64,000 nucleotides of DNA from Candidatus Eiseniibacteriota bacterium (lineage in GTDB: Bacteria > Eisenbacteria > RBG-16-71-46 > CAIMUX01 > VGJL01): positions 1 to 64,000 of the forward strand of contig CAWBWI010000003.1 in NCBI GenBank assembly GCA_963792585.1. The letters run 5' to 3'. Positions 29,275 to 37,830 of this stretch are shown here, in pieces (positions within the stretch are counted from its first letter, which is position 1; each line of letters opens with the position of its first letter). The notes below the pieces were generated by a model. It was given only the letters and a program-made list of their open reading frames with translations, searched no databases and was not told where the DNA came from. A program made the position numbers and the translations under genes.

Positions 29275-30675
29275 ATGCCCCGCCACCCGTTCGCCGCGGT
29301 CAACCTGATCAGCGATCCCATCCACGGCTACATCGAGCTGACGAAGCGCCTGACCGCCGGACGCGTCGGCCGCCGCGGGCCTCCCGGCCGAGGACGTCGC
29401 CGAGGACGACCTGCTCGACACCGCCTGGCTCCAGCGACTCCGGCGCATCAGCCAGCTCCAGAGCGCGCGCTGGGTCTTCCCGACCGCGGAGCACTCGCGC
29501 TTCACCCATGGCCTCGGTGTCATGCACGAGGCCGGGCTGTGGGCGCGCTCGCTCTACCCGAGCCTGCGGTCGACATCGCCGGCCGCGGTGCCGGCGAACC
29601 GATCCCGTCGGAGGGACTCGTCGTCGAGACGCTGCGCATGGCCGGCCTGCTCCATGACGTCGGGCATGGACCGTTCGCCCACTTCTTCGACGATCACGTC
29701 CTGGCCGCGTTCGACGCCCCGGCCGACCCGCGCCGCCCCGACGCGAAGCGGCTCACCCACGAGGACCTCAGCCAGCGGATCATCGAGGACGAACTCGGGA
29801 CCGCTCATCCGAGGCCTGCGACGGGCGCCGGGGGGCGTCGCCGGAGCGCGACGCGTTCGCCGACGGGGAATCGATCGACCCGTCCTGGGTCTCGTTCCTC
29901 GATCGCCAAGCCGGCCCTGGCCGACCCGACGATGCCGCGCTGGGTCCGCTGGCTCGCGCCGCTGCTGTCGGGCGTGTTCACGGTGGACAACCTCGACTAC
30001 GTCCGGCGCGACGCGTACCTGACCGGCGTGGCCGCCGGGCCGGTCGACGTGGAGCGCCTGCGCCGCTATACGTTCATCTCGGACCGCGGGCTGACGCTGT
30101 ACGAGCCGGGACTCGGCGCGCTCGAGATGTTCCTGACGGCGCGGCGGTTCATGTACCAGCAGGTCTACTTCCACCGGACCGTGCGCGCCATCGACCTCGA
30201 CCTCGCGGAGGTCTTCGGGCCGTCGCGTCCGAGCGATCTTCGGCGACGGGTCGCCGGCGGAGCGCCTGACCGCCTACGCGGACCTCGACGAGTACGCCCT
30301 CCTGCACCAGGCGGCGCGCTGGGCGCGCGGCGTGGACGTGGACCAGGTGGGCCGGCACGGTCGCCGACGCGTGGCGCGGCGATCCTGCTGCGCCGACCGA
30401 CCTGGCGTTCCGAGGCGGAAGTCCGCGCGGAGTACGAGCCCGGGGCGTTTCCGGATGCGCTGGTCGCGTCGCTCGGCGACGCGGACCCCGGTGCGGTCGC
30501 CATCGACCTGGCCATCGTGGACGCCCGGCCGGCAGACGCGGCGTCCACGGACAGCCTGCTCGCCCTGGAGAACCGCGATGGTTCGACGCCTTCGATGGCC
30601 GCGGCCCTCTCGTCGATCCCGTCGTACTGGCTGATCGGCCGACGCTACCGGCGGCGGGTCACGGCGGCGGGGTGA
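29275..30675 (+). CDS. HD-domain phosphohydrolase (YdhJ/SAMHD1-like), frameshifted
   Basis: DPIHGYI, LQRLRRISQL...FPTAEHSRFTHGLG, LLHDVGHGPFAH, DNLDYVRRD, MYQQVYFH. Confidence 0.9.
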   Translation: MPRHPFAAVNLISDPIHGYIELTKRLTAGRVGRRGPPGRGRRRGRPARHRLAPATPAHQPAPERALGLPDRGALALHPWPRCHARGRAVGALALPEPAVDIAGRGAGEPIPSEGLVVETLRMAGLLHDVGHGPFAHFFDDHVLAAFDAPADPRRPDAKRLTHEDLSQRIIEDELGTAHPRPATGAGGRRRSATRSPTGNRSTRPGSRSSIAKPALADPTMPRWVRWLAPLLSGVFTVDNLDYVRRDAYLTGVAAGPVDVERLRRYTFISDRGLTLYEPGLGALEMFLTARRFMYQQVYFHRTVRAIDLDLAEVFGPSRPSDLRRRVAGGAPDRLRGPRRVRPPAPGGALGARRGRGPGGPARSPTRGAAILLRRPTWRSEAEVRAEYEPGAFPDALVASLGDADPGAVAIDLAIVDARPADAASTDSLLALENRDGSTPSMAAALSSIPSYWLIGRRYRRRVTAAG

Positions 30676-31609
30676 CCGTGGGGCTCGGTGTGGGCGCCTT
30701 CGTCGGCTTGGGCCGATCGGGGAGCACGAGCATCGGGTCGATCCGGGCGATCTCCCGGTCCGGCAGCTTCATCCGCTTCACCACCTTGGGGTCCAGCGCG
30801 AACGTCGCGGTCTCGAGCGGACTGAACAGTCCGTAGTGCAGGTGGCAGCCGGATGCCCGTCCGGTCATGCCCTCGTAGCCAAGGAGCTGGCCGGCCTTGA
30901 CGACGTGGCCCTTCTTGACCTTGATCCGGCTGAAGTGTGCGTACACGCTCCGGTATCCGTTGCCGTCGTCGATCACGACGACGATCGGCAGCGTGGGATA
31001 CAGCTTCTTCTTGTCGAGCCGGTCGAGGTACGGCTTCAGGTCGCCCACCCAGCCCATCAGTTCGTCGTAGTGACGTCCGGCGGCAAGGACCGTACCCGCG
31101 TGCGCGGCGACGATGCGATCGCCACAGAACGTGGCCAGGTCGATGCCGTCGTGGAACTTCTCTCCCTCCACGATCCGGGAACCCCAGGAGGTGGGGCCGA
31201 ACGGCAGCGTGAGCCGCCCGCGCGGGAGCGGCCACTGGTAGCCGGTCAAGGTCGCGGGCGGGGCCGGCGTCGGGACCGGGGTCGGCGTGGGGACCGGGGT
31301 CGGCGTGGGAACCGGGGTCGGCGTGGGGGCAGCCGCGGCGGCCGCGGGAGGCGCGTCCACTGGGTTGGCGGCGGCCGCCAGGCCAGGCTCCCCGGGCACG
31401 CTCTCCGCTACGCCGGCCGCGGCCCCGGCCGGCGCGAATGGGCCGCCCTCCCACGAACTGGCGACGGTGAACGCGAGCGCGCCGATGATTCCCGCGATGA
31501 GTCCGAGCGTCAGCGCGCGGCGACCGACGGGCCGGCGTCCCTCACGTTCGGAGAGTGGCCCGGGGAGGTTGCCGAGCGGCGACGGACTGGTCCCCGACCG
31601 TGACGACAT
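30659..31609 (-). CDS. M23-family metallopeptidase with TM anchor and Pro/Thr linker
   Basis: HDGIDL, YAH, TGRASGCHLHY. Confidence 0.92.
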   Translation of the reverse strand: MSSRSGTSPSPLGNLPGPLSEREGRRPVGRRALTLGLIAGIIGALAFTVASSWEGGPFAPAGAAAGVAESVPGEPGLAAAANPVDAPPAAAAAAPTPTPVPTPTPVPTPTPVPTPAPPATLTGYQWPLPRGRLTLPFGPTSWGSRIVEGEKFHDGIDLATFCGDRIVAAHAGTVLAAGRHYDELMGWVGDLKPYLDRLDKKKLYPTLPIVVVIDDGNGYRSVYAHFSRIKVKKGHVVKAGQLLGYEGMTGRASGCHLHYGLFSPLETATFALDPKVVKRMKLPDREIARIDPMLVLPDRPKPTKAPTPSPTVTPPP

Positions 31610-31822
31610 GCGCGCATGGTAGGCGGACCAGGCAAGTCATGACGTGGCACGCCGCACGCGACCGGAGTAGCTACCGCGACGCGGAGCGGCTCGCGCCGGA
31701 TCCGGGCGCTCCATAGCGAGTTCTTCACCGTTCCCCGACCCGCATCGCCACCACCGGCCGATACGGTCGGTGGTGACGCAGTCCGCCACGGACCGCAGCC
31801 CGTACCAAGGACCGCCCCACCG

Positions 31823-32278
31823 ATGGCCCGAACCGCGACCGACGACCTTGACCTGCTCACCACCCGCCTGCGTCTGGGCATCCCACTCGACGGGTTCGAC
31901 GGGCGGCCCATCCCCCTGCGCCATCCCGATGGCCGCAGAGTCGACGCGATCGAGGCCGCCCGGGCCCTGATGGACTCGGCCGCCGGACTGCTCTCGACGC
32001 GGGAATCGATCGCGTTCGTGGAGCGGACCCTGGGGCGTGCGTCCGACGTCGAGGCCGCCAGCATCATGGCGGGCGAACCATCCTCGATGCGGATCGCGAG
32101 GGTCGCCGGGGTGCTGGTGAGCGCCGCGGTTCGAGCGAGCGTGCAAGCTCGCTCCGACTACGCGAGCCCAAGCGACCTCAATCGCGCGACGCTTGCCTGG
32201 TTCGAGGTGCACGATCTGCGACACCGACAGCTGCTTGAAGCGAACGATCTGCTCGAGGCGACCCGCCTGACCGCCTGA
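31823..32278 (+). CDS. Hypothetical protein (start uncertain)
   Basis: Helical protein-like ORF with coding codon bias; no family recognised. Confidence 0.55.
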   Translation: MARTATDDLDLLTTRLRLGIPLDGFDGRPIPLRHPDGRRVDAIEAARALMDSAAGLLSTRESIAFVERTLGRASDVEAASIMAGEPSSMRIARVAGVLVSAAVRASVQARSDYASPSDLNRATLAWFEVHDLRHRQLLEANDLLEATRLTA

Positions 32279-32347
32279 CCGCATCGCTCGGCGGGGCGGC
32301 GAACTGGAATGGGCGGGCACCGGCCGAGCGGTTCGACGGCACGCCCT

Positions 32348-33620
32348 TCACCGATCGTCGACGATGCCTTCGTTGTCGTTGGCCGGGACTTCCTGGCCGG
32401 CGGCGGCCCGGACCCGTGCCAGGTCCCGACGCGCGATCCGCGAGGGTCGGGTGCGTCGGCGAGACCGCCGGCTCCAGGATGGCGATCGCTCGCCGCAGCA
32501 GCTCGGCCGCTTCGTCGGGGTGGCCGCGCGCCCGCCGGACCTCCGCGAGGTTGACCAGCGTGTTGGCGAGTGACGGTGCGGCCGGGCCGGATGCCCGCTC
32601 CTTGATCTCCAGGGCGCGGAGATACCAGCGCTCGGCCTCGTCGAGGTCGCCATCCCGCTGGGCGATCGCGGCCAGGTTGTTGTAGACGACGGCAGCCTCG
32701 CGATGCTCCGGCCCGAGGCGTTCCTCGATGATCGGCAGCGCGTCCAGCAGGAGCAGGCGGGCCTCGTCGCGCTGCGCGGAGCGGTCGAGGATCGCGGCCA
32801 GCGCCACCCGGTCGAGGGCCGTCACCACGTGATCCTCGCCGAGCGTTCGGGCGTGAAGCCGCACCGACCGTCGGCCGTGATCGGCGGCGGCGGCCAGGTT
32901 GCCGCGCGCGAACTCAAGAGCGCCCAGGTCGTGCTCCACGGTCGCGAGATCCGGGTGGCCCAGCCCACCCACGCGCTGGATCATGCCGAGCGCCCGCCGG
33001 TGCGCGACCGCGCTGCCGGCGAAGTCACCGGCGAACTTGCGGACCACGCCGAGATCCGAGAGGACCGCCGCCAGCTCGAGCGACTCCGGGCTGAATCCAC
33101 GCTTCGCTCGTCGCTGCGCCTCGAGGAGGTCGCCCTCGGCCGCCTTGAGGTCGCCGACCTGGCGCCACACCGCGGCTCGAGCCTGGAGAGCGAGCGTGAC
33201 TGCCGCGTCGCGCTGCCGCGGGTCCGGCAGGACGAGGGCATTCACGACAGCGAGCTCGGCGTGGGCAGCGGCCGCGTCGAGGTCCCCGAGCTCCAGGTCG
33301 ATGAGAGTAACCTCGGTCGCGACCTCGGCGACGATCCCCGCGTCGTCGATCTGCCGGGCAAGGTCCAGGGCCGCGGCACCACGGTCATGGGCCTCCTCAA
33401 GGCGACCGTCGTACCGACACAGAGCCGCAAGGCCGATCAGTGCGCGCGCCCGTAGGAGATCCAGGCCCCGGTCATCGGCCGCCCCTTGGAGGACGCGATG
33501 GAAGGCCGCCTCCGCCTCGCGATGATCGCCGGCGGCATCGAGGCGACGCGCGTCATCCAACTCGGCCACCGGATCAGGGCGACCGGCGCCGGACTCATCC
33601 AAGGACAGATCCACGAGCAT
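32348..33620 (-). CDS. Tetratricopeptide-repeat protein (kinesin-light-chain-like TPR_10/12); 3' end frameshifted
   Basis: Repeats such as LGPEHREAAVVYNNLA, HPDLATVEHDLG, LANTLVNLA. Confidence 0.85.
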
Positions 33621-33682
33621 CCATCGAATCGACAGTCTCCCACGCCAGGGTCGTCGGACGGACGCGCTATCATCCGCGGCAT

Positions 33683-33759
33683 CCGCCCGTAGCTCAGTGG
33701 ATCAGAGCGACTGACTTCGGATCAGTAGGTCGGGGGTTCGAATCCCTCCGGGCGGGCCA
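33683..33759 (+). tRNA. tRNA-Arg (anticodon TCG), CCA encoded
   Basis: Acceptor stem CCGCCCG/CGGGCGG, D arm GCTC/GAGC, anticodon stem ACTGA-CTTCGGA-TCAGT, T arm GGGGG-TTCGAAT-CCCTC; TATCAT -10 box at 33668. Confidence 0.97.
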
Positions 33760-33762
33760 TCG

Positions 33763-34882
33763 TCATCGGTCGCGCGAGCGGTCGACGCCTACGAGTCGGC
33801 GCCCCTGGATCTCTGGGATCGGTGCTCCGGCGAAGTCGAACAGGACCAACGCCTCGTCGAATCGGATGCGAGCCGCGACCGCCCACTGGTCGTCCTTGAC
33901 GGCGCCTTCGAACGACCGATCCACGGACGAGAGGTAGAGGTCTCGCGCGGCGCTGACCCTGGCCTCCGTGGGCGCCTCCTCGGCCGCTTTCGCGACCCGG
34001 CCCTTCGGTGCCCCGGCCGTGAGGGCAAGGTCCAGCCAGTGCGCCCGCTTCGCGGTCCATCGCTCCTCATCCGCGATCCGGCGGCGCTCCGCCTCGAACA
34101 CCGGCAAGGCCGCCTCCATGAGCCAGACGGTCCGGTCATCGACGTGTCGCACGACGATCTGCTGCTTGCACTCGGTGCACCGTCGATCCGACGTCGGAGG
34201 CGGCTGCAGGATCGTGGCGCAGTAGGGGCAATAGGCGCGGGCGTCCACGGACGCCACGGCCGGTGCGGCACGACTGGCGGCGCAGCTCGGCCACGGGTGG
34301 CTCGGCCCGCGGATCGCAGCGACCTCGGATCCAGTGACAGGCTCGAAGTCCAGTCCGATCCCCGGAGAACAGCGTGTCCTGGGCGGGCGCGTCCACCGCG
34401 ACGGACGGATCGTCGACGGCGACGGCGCGGGATCGGCCGTCCACCCCGGAGCCGGCGCCCCGAGGAACATCACCAGTGGGGTCGCGTCGAGCTCCGGATC
34501 CGCCGGGACCGGCGCGGGCGGCTCGTCGATCCCGGCGATGCGGAAGACGAGGGGCTTTCGCACCTTCGCAGCGGAAGCCTGGTCTACCGATTCAGTCACG
34601 TCGATCGCCTCATCTGCTTCAGGCACGCCAGCCGACCGGCGCGGCCTGGGGTGGGTCGGTGGGGTCGGTGTCGCCGATGGGATCCGAGTCGTTCGCCGGG
34701 ACGGACACGACCGTCGTCTGCGGACGATCCGGTTCGGCGACACCGCCAAGCCGTTGGAGGGTCACGGCACGGACGCGCTCGACCTCCGCTGCCTGGTCGT
34801 CCGGTGATCGCTTGAGACGCCGTTGCACGTTGGCCAGGACCGATCCCTCACGAGTCGGCGGCCCTGCGTTCGTTTCCGTCAA
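33763..34882 (-). CDS. Hypothetical protein with CPYC...CTEC zinc ribbon (frameshifted, possibly 3'-truncated)
   Basis: ORFs 34619-34909 and 33763-34749 join across frameshifts; YCPYCATIL...RCTECKQ; TTG start with GAGG upstream. Confidence 0.6.
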
Positions 34883-34967
34883 TCGACTGCCTCGGCCGAT
34901 CTCGGCCAACCTGTCGGGGAGTGACGCCCACGGCGCGGCGTCGAACCCGAGTGACGCTACCAGTGAG

Positions 34968-34983
34968 TAGCCCGATCGGGCTA
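34968..34983. promoter_or_regulatory. Perfect 16-bp palindrome TAGCCCGATCGGGCTA (candidate operator)
   Basis: Seen directly, upstream of the zinc-ribbon gene. Confidence 0.45.
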
Positions 34984-35187
34984 GCTGAAGCCGCCGAACG
35001 TACTATTCAAGGTGCGTCGCGGCACCGCCGCCGGTCCCGTCGACCGCACCGCTCCGGACCGGACGATCCCAGACCACACCGCACCACATCAGCTGGCGCC
35101 GACTCGCCACATTCGGCTCCTGACATCATCGACGCAGCGCAGGCCACAAGTTGGGTAACGGACGGCGATGGGCAGGAGAGGGAAACG

Positions 35188-35508
35188 GTCGGCTCGGGCC
35201 CGAGCCAGGATGAACTTGAGCAGTTCATCCGTGCCAGCTTTGAGTGATCCTCGACCCGTCAGTGAACGCCTCCGGTCCGCGTTGTCTGGGCGGGCGTCGA
35301 GGCGGGCATCCGGGCAGCCGCTCGGTCGGCCCGCTCACCCTCGGCGACGGGCGGATCGCGAACGTCTCGCCAGCCCGAGCGCCTCGCGGCGAAGTGCCGA
35401 GCCACCTCCGCCCGCATCGGCGCGACGTGCCTCGGGCCGCTCCGGACAGCGACTGAGTACGAGCTACCCGTGTTGTTCCTGCGCGCCCGCTGCCCTCCGG
35501 GCGGGCCA
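35188..35508. repeat. Conserved islet right-end element, copy 1 (321 bp)
   Basis: Near-identical to 36512-36749 apart from an extra ~82 bp (35261-35342); ends in the tRNA 3' 16-mer. Confidence 0.95.
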
Positions 35509-35613
35509 ATGTCATGAGTCGCGACGCCACCGGCGGCGACTAACGAGTCGCGCGTGGGTGACAGCCTCGTCGTCGATCGACCTCCGCCGCACCTTGCGGC
35601 TGTGGTCCGGCGT

Positions 35614-35817
35614 TCACTTCCGGTCGTCGTCTGACTCGAAGATCGCTTCGATCGGCTGGTCGAAGAGACGGGCGATCTTGAATGCGAGCGGGAGCGACGG
35701 GTCATATCGACCCGTCTCGATCGCGTTCACGGTCTGGCGTGAGACGCCCAGCTCGTGCGCGAGGTGCTCCTGGGACCACTGGCGCTCGGCGCGGAGGACC
35801 CGGAGACGGTTCTTCAT
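35614..35817 (-). CDS. XRE/Cro-family HTH transcriptional regulator
   Basis: MKNRLRVLRAERQWSQEHLAHELGVSRQTVNAIETGRYDPSLPLAFKIARLF. Confidence 0.95.
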   Translation of the reverse strand: MKNRLRVLRAERQWSQEHLAHELGVSRQTVNAIETGRYDPSLPLAFKIARLFDQPIEAIFESDDDRK

Positions 35818-36197
35818 CGGTATCGCCGCGCCGACCACACGAAGCCGACCGCATAGAGGCCGACGAGGATCCCGAAGATGACGAACCCGCTCAAAGGCTC
35901 GTAGCCGAGGCCCTCGAGGAACCCCCACGAGACGGCGACAAGCATCGTCCCAAGGCACGACACGGCGAGTGCCGTCAGGCGGATCCGCTGCTGAAGTTCG
36001 TCGTCGGCGAGGAACTGGGCGATCGCGATCGCGATGATCGCGATCGCGGCAGGCACGGGCATCAGCGCGACCAGCGCCCGGGGCAGGTCGCCGACGATCG
36101 CGTCTCCGCGAAGGATCGCGATCGACACGAGCAGCAGCCCCGCGTAAGAGACGAGCGCCGCCCCGAGCTCCAGTGTTCGGCGATGGCGGCCGGTCAC
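35814..36197 (-). CDS. Small 4-TM membrane protein
   Basis: Four hydrophobic helices with DELQQRI motif, typical of XRE-associated membrane proteins; ATGA overlap. Confidence 0.85.
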   Translation of the reverse strand: MTGRHRRTLELGAALVSYAGLLLVSIAILRGDAIVGDLPRALVALMPVPAAIAIIAIAIAQFLADDELQQRIRLTALAVSCLGTMLVAVSWGFLEGLGYEPLSGFVIFGILVGLYAVGFVWSARRYR

Positions 36198-36352
36198 GCG
36201 CGACGCCGCCGCTGGATCTCCCGCGCGAGCACGAAGGTGCCCATCGCCCCGGCCAGCCCGATCAGGTACCCGATCGACCCCATCGATGCCGCGAACGCCG
36301 CGCCGATCCCTATGCCCATCGCGGCAGCCTGCCCCATGGTCCGCTCGTTCAT
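36194..36352 (-). CDS. 52-aa membrane peptide (not in the ORF track)
   Basis: AAGGAGG RBS; MNERTMGQAAAMGIGIGAAFAASMGSIGYLIGLAGAMGTFVLAREIQRRRRA; GTGA overlap with next gene. Confidence 0.75.
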   Translation of the reverse strand: MNERTMGQAAAMGIGIGAAFAASMGSIGYLIGLAGAMGTFVLAREIQRRRRA

Positions 36353-36511
36353 CTGTCGTGCCTCCTTGTCTATACGTAAAGCGTGCTTGTCTATTCGAAG
36401 ACTATGCCCGACCCACGCAGGCTGTCAAGGACCCTTGTCACATGTCGCGTCCAAGAAGGGATCGCCTGGCACCTGTTCGCACTCGCCCTTGGCTGACTCG
36501 TTGATGGACCT

Positions 36512-36749
36512 GTCGGCTCGGGCCCGAGCCGGGATGAACTTGAGCAGTTCATCCGTGCCAGCTTTGAGTGATCCTCGACCCGTCGGCGATGGGCGGATCG
36601 CGAGGTCTAGCCAGCCCGAGCGCCTCGCGGCGAAGTGCCGAGCCACCTCCGCCCGCATCGGCGCGACGTGCCTCGGGCCGCTCCGGACAGCGACTGAGTA
36701 CGAGCTACCCGTGTTGTTCCTGCGCGCCCGACGCCCTCCGGGCGGGCCA
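36512..36749. repeat. Conserved islet right-end element, copy 2 (238 bp)
   Basis: Matches 35188-35508; ends in the tRNA 3' 16-mer at 36734-36749. Confidence 0.95.
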
Positions 36750-36760
36750 GCTTCCCTGGG

Positions 36761-37351
36761 CTATCGCGGCGGGCGGACCATCCCGGTCAGCGTGTGGCCG
36801 AAGCAGTCACCCTGGCCGATGATCTCGAACCCGCGCTTCCGGTAGAAGGCGATATTGGAGTCCGTCGCGGTCTCGAGGTAGCAGGGCACGCCGGCGTCAT
36901 CGGCCCGTGACGTCCCCACCTCGACGAGCTTCGAGCCGAGTCCCTGGCCCTGCCTGGCCGTCCGCACCCCGGCGGTCATCAGGTACCAGTGCGGGCCCTC
37001 GACCTGCTTGTGGAAGGCCTCGGTCACGGCCATCGCCTTCGAGAAGCGGTTCAGACCGCCAACGCCAAGAGCGAGCGGCATCCGCCACATGCCCGCCCGG
37101 AGCATCCTGGGCATGCTCATCGGCCCGCTCTCCGGATGGAGCCAGACGGCCACAGCCGAGACGTCTTCATTGGCCCACACGCGCCCGTAGCGCAACCCGT
37201 AGGCAACGGGGACGCCCAGGAACGGTGTGGCCTTTGCGCGCCGCGCGGGGTCGGGTGCGACGATCTCGAGTAGCGGGTCGTTCGCGAACGCCTCGGCGAG
37301 CGTCAGCGTCGCCGCGCGCTCCTGATCGGGGCGTAGCTCAGCCAGTTCCAC
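36761..37351 (-). CDS. GNAT-family N-acetyltransferase (puromycin-acetyltransferase-like)
   Basis: LAEAFANDP, HWYL, RQGQGLGS, CYLETATDSNIAFYRKRGF. Confidence 0.92.
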   Translation of the reverse strand: MELAELRPDQERAATLTLAEAFANDPLLEIVAPDPARRAKATPFLGVPVAYGLRYGRVWANEDVSAVAVWLHPESGPMSMPRMLRAGMWRMPLALGVGGLNRFSKAMAVTEAFHKQVEGPHWYLMTAGVRTARQGQGLGSKLVEVGTSRADDAGVPCYLETATDSNIAFYRKRGFEIIGQGDCFGHTLTGMVRPPR

Positions 37352-37364
37352 GTGGGCTCCTCAC

Positions 37365-37739
37365 TTGCCTCGGACGGACGTGGGGTCCGATCGTTGCAGG
37401 AGCGTACCAGCCAGCTCAGGGCAACCGGCGGATGACGATCCTGCCGGCCACGCTCGGCTGGATGTACGACCTGCCGGACACCCGCACGTGATCAGCGGGA
37501 CTGCGGAGATCGTCGGCGGGCTCGGCCTCATCTTGCCGAGCGCGACGAGGATCCTCCCGGTGCTGACCGTGTGGGCCGCCGCCGGACTCGCGGTCGTCAT
37601 GCTCGCGGCCGCCGCCTGGCACGTCGGTCGTGGCGAGGTCACCAACATGAACCTCGTGCTCGCGGCGCTCCTCGGCTTCATCGCCGTCCGGCGCGCCAAG
37701 GTGAACCGGATCGAGCCGCGCGCCGCGAACTCGGGCTGA
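37365..37739 (+). CDS. DoxX-like membrane protein (N-terminus uncertain or damaged)
   Basis: GTAEIVGGLGLILP...AAAGLAVVMLAAAAWHVGRGE. Confidence 0.7.
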   Translation: MPRTDVGSDRCRSVPASSGQPADDDPAGHARLDVRPAGHPHVISGTAEIVGGLGLILPSATRILPVLTVWAAAGLAVVMLAAAAWHVGRGEVTNMNLVLAALLGFIAVRRAKVNRIEPRAANSG

Positions 37740-37830
37740 AACCCGGGTCCACCTTGCCACCGGAGCTGCGCGCGGCCGGTGGATATTCGCCGATGTCGTC
37801 GCGTTGGCGAGATGGTTGGCGCGGTCGGCG

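Larger units (their letters stand above)
33760..35508. mobile_element. tRNA-integrated islet A (no integrase), bounded by 16-bp att core repeats
   Basis: CCCTCCGGGCGGGCCA at 33744-33759 (tRNA end) and 35493-35508. Confidence 0.7.
35509..36749. mobile_element. tRNA-integrated islet B (no integrase), in tandem with islet A
   Basis: Bounded by att cores 35493-35508 and 36734-36749; carries a 3-gene XRE operon. Confidence 0.7.

Noticed and set aside
31268..31330. 18-bp tandem repeats resembling a short array
   Set aside because: Encode the PTPTPV linker of the M23 peptidase; no spacers; not CRISPR
33760..36749. Prophage, ICE or classical integron
   Set aside because: No integrase, transposase, phage or conjugation genes and no recognisable attC R-boxes; reported instead as non-autonomous islets
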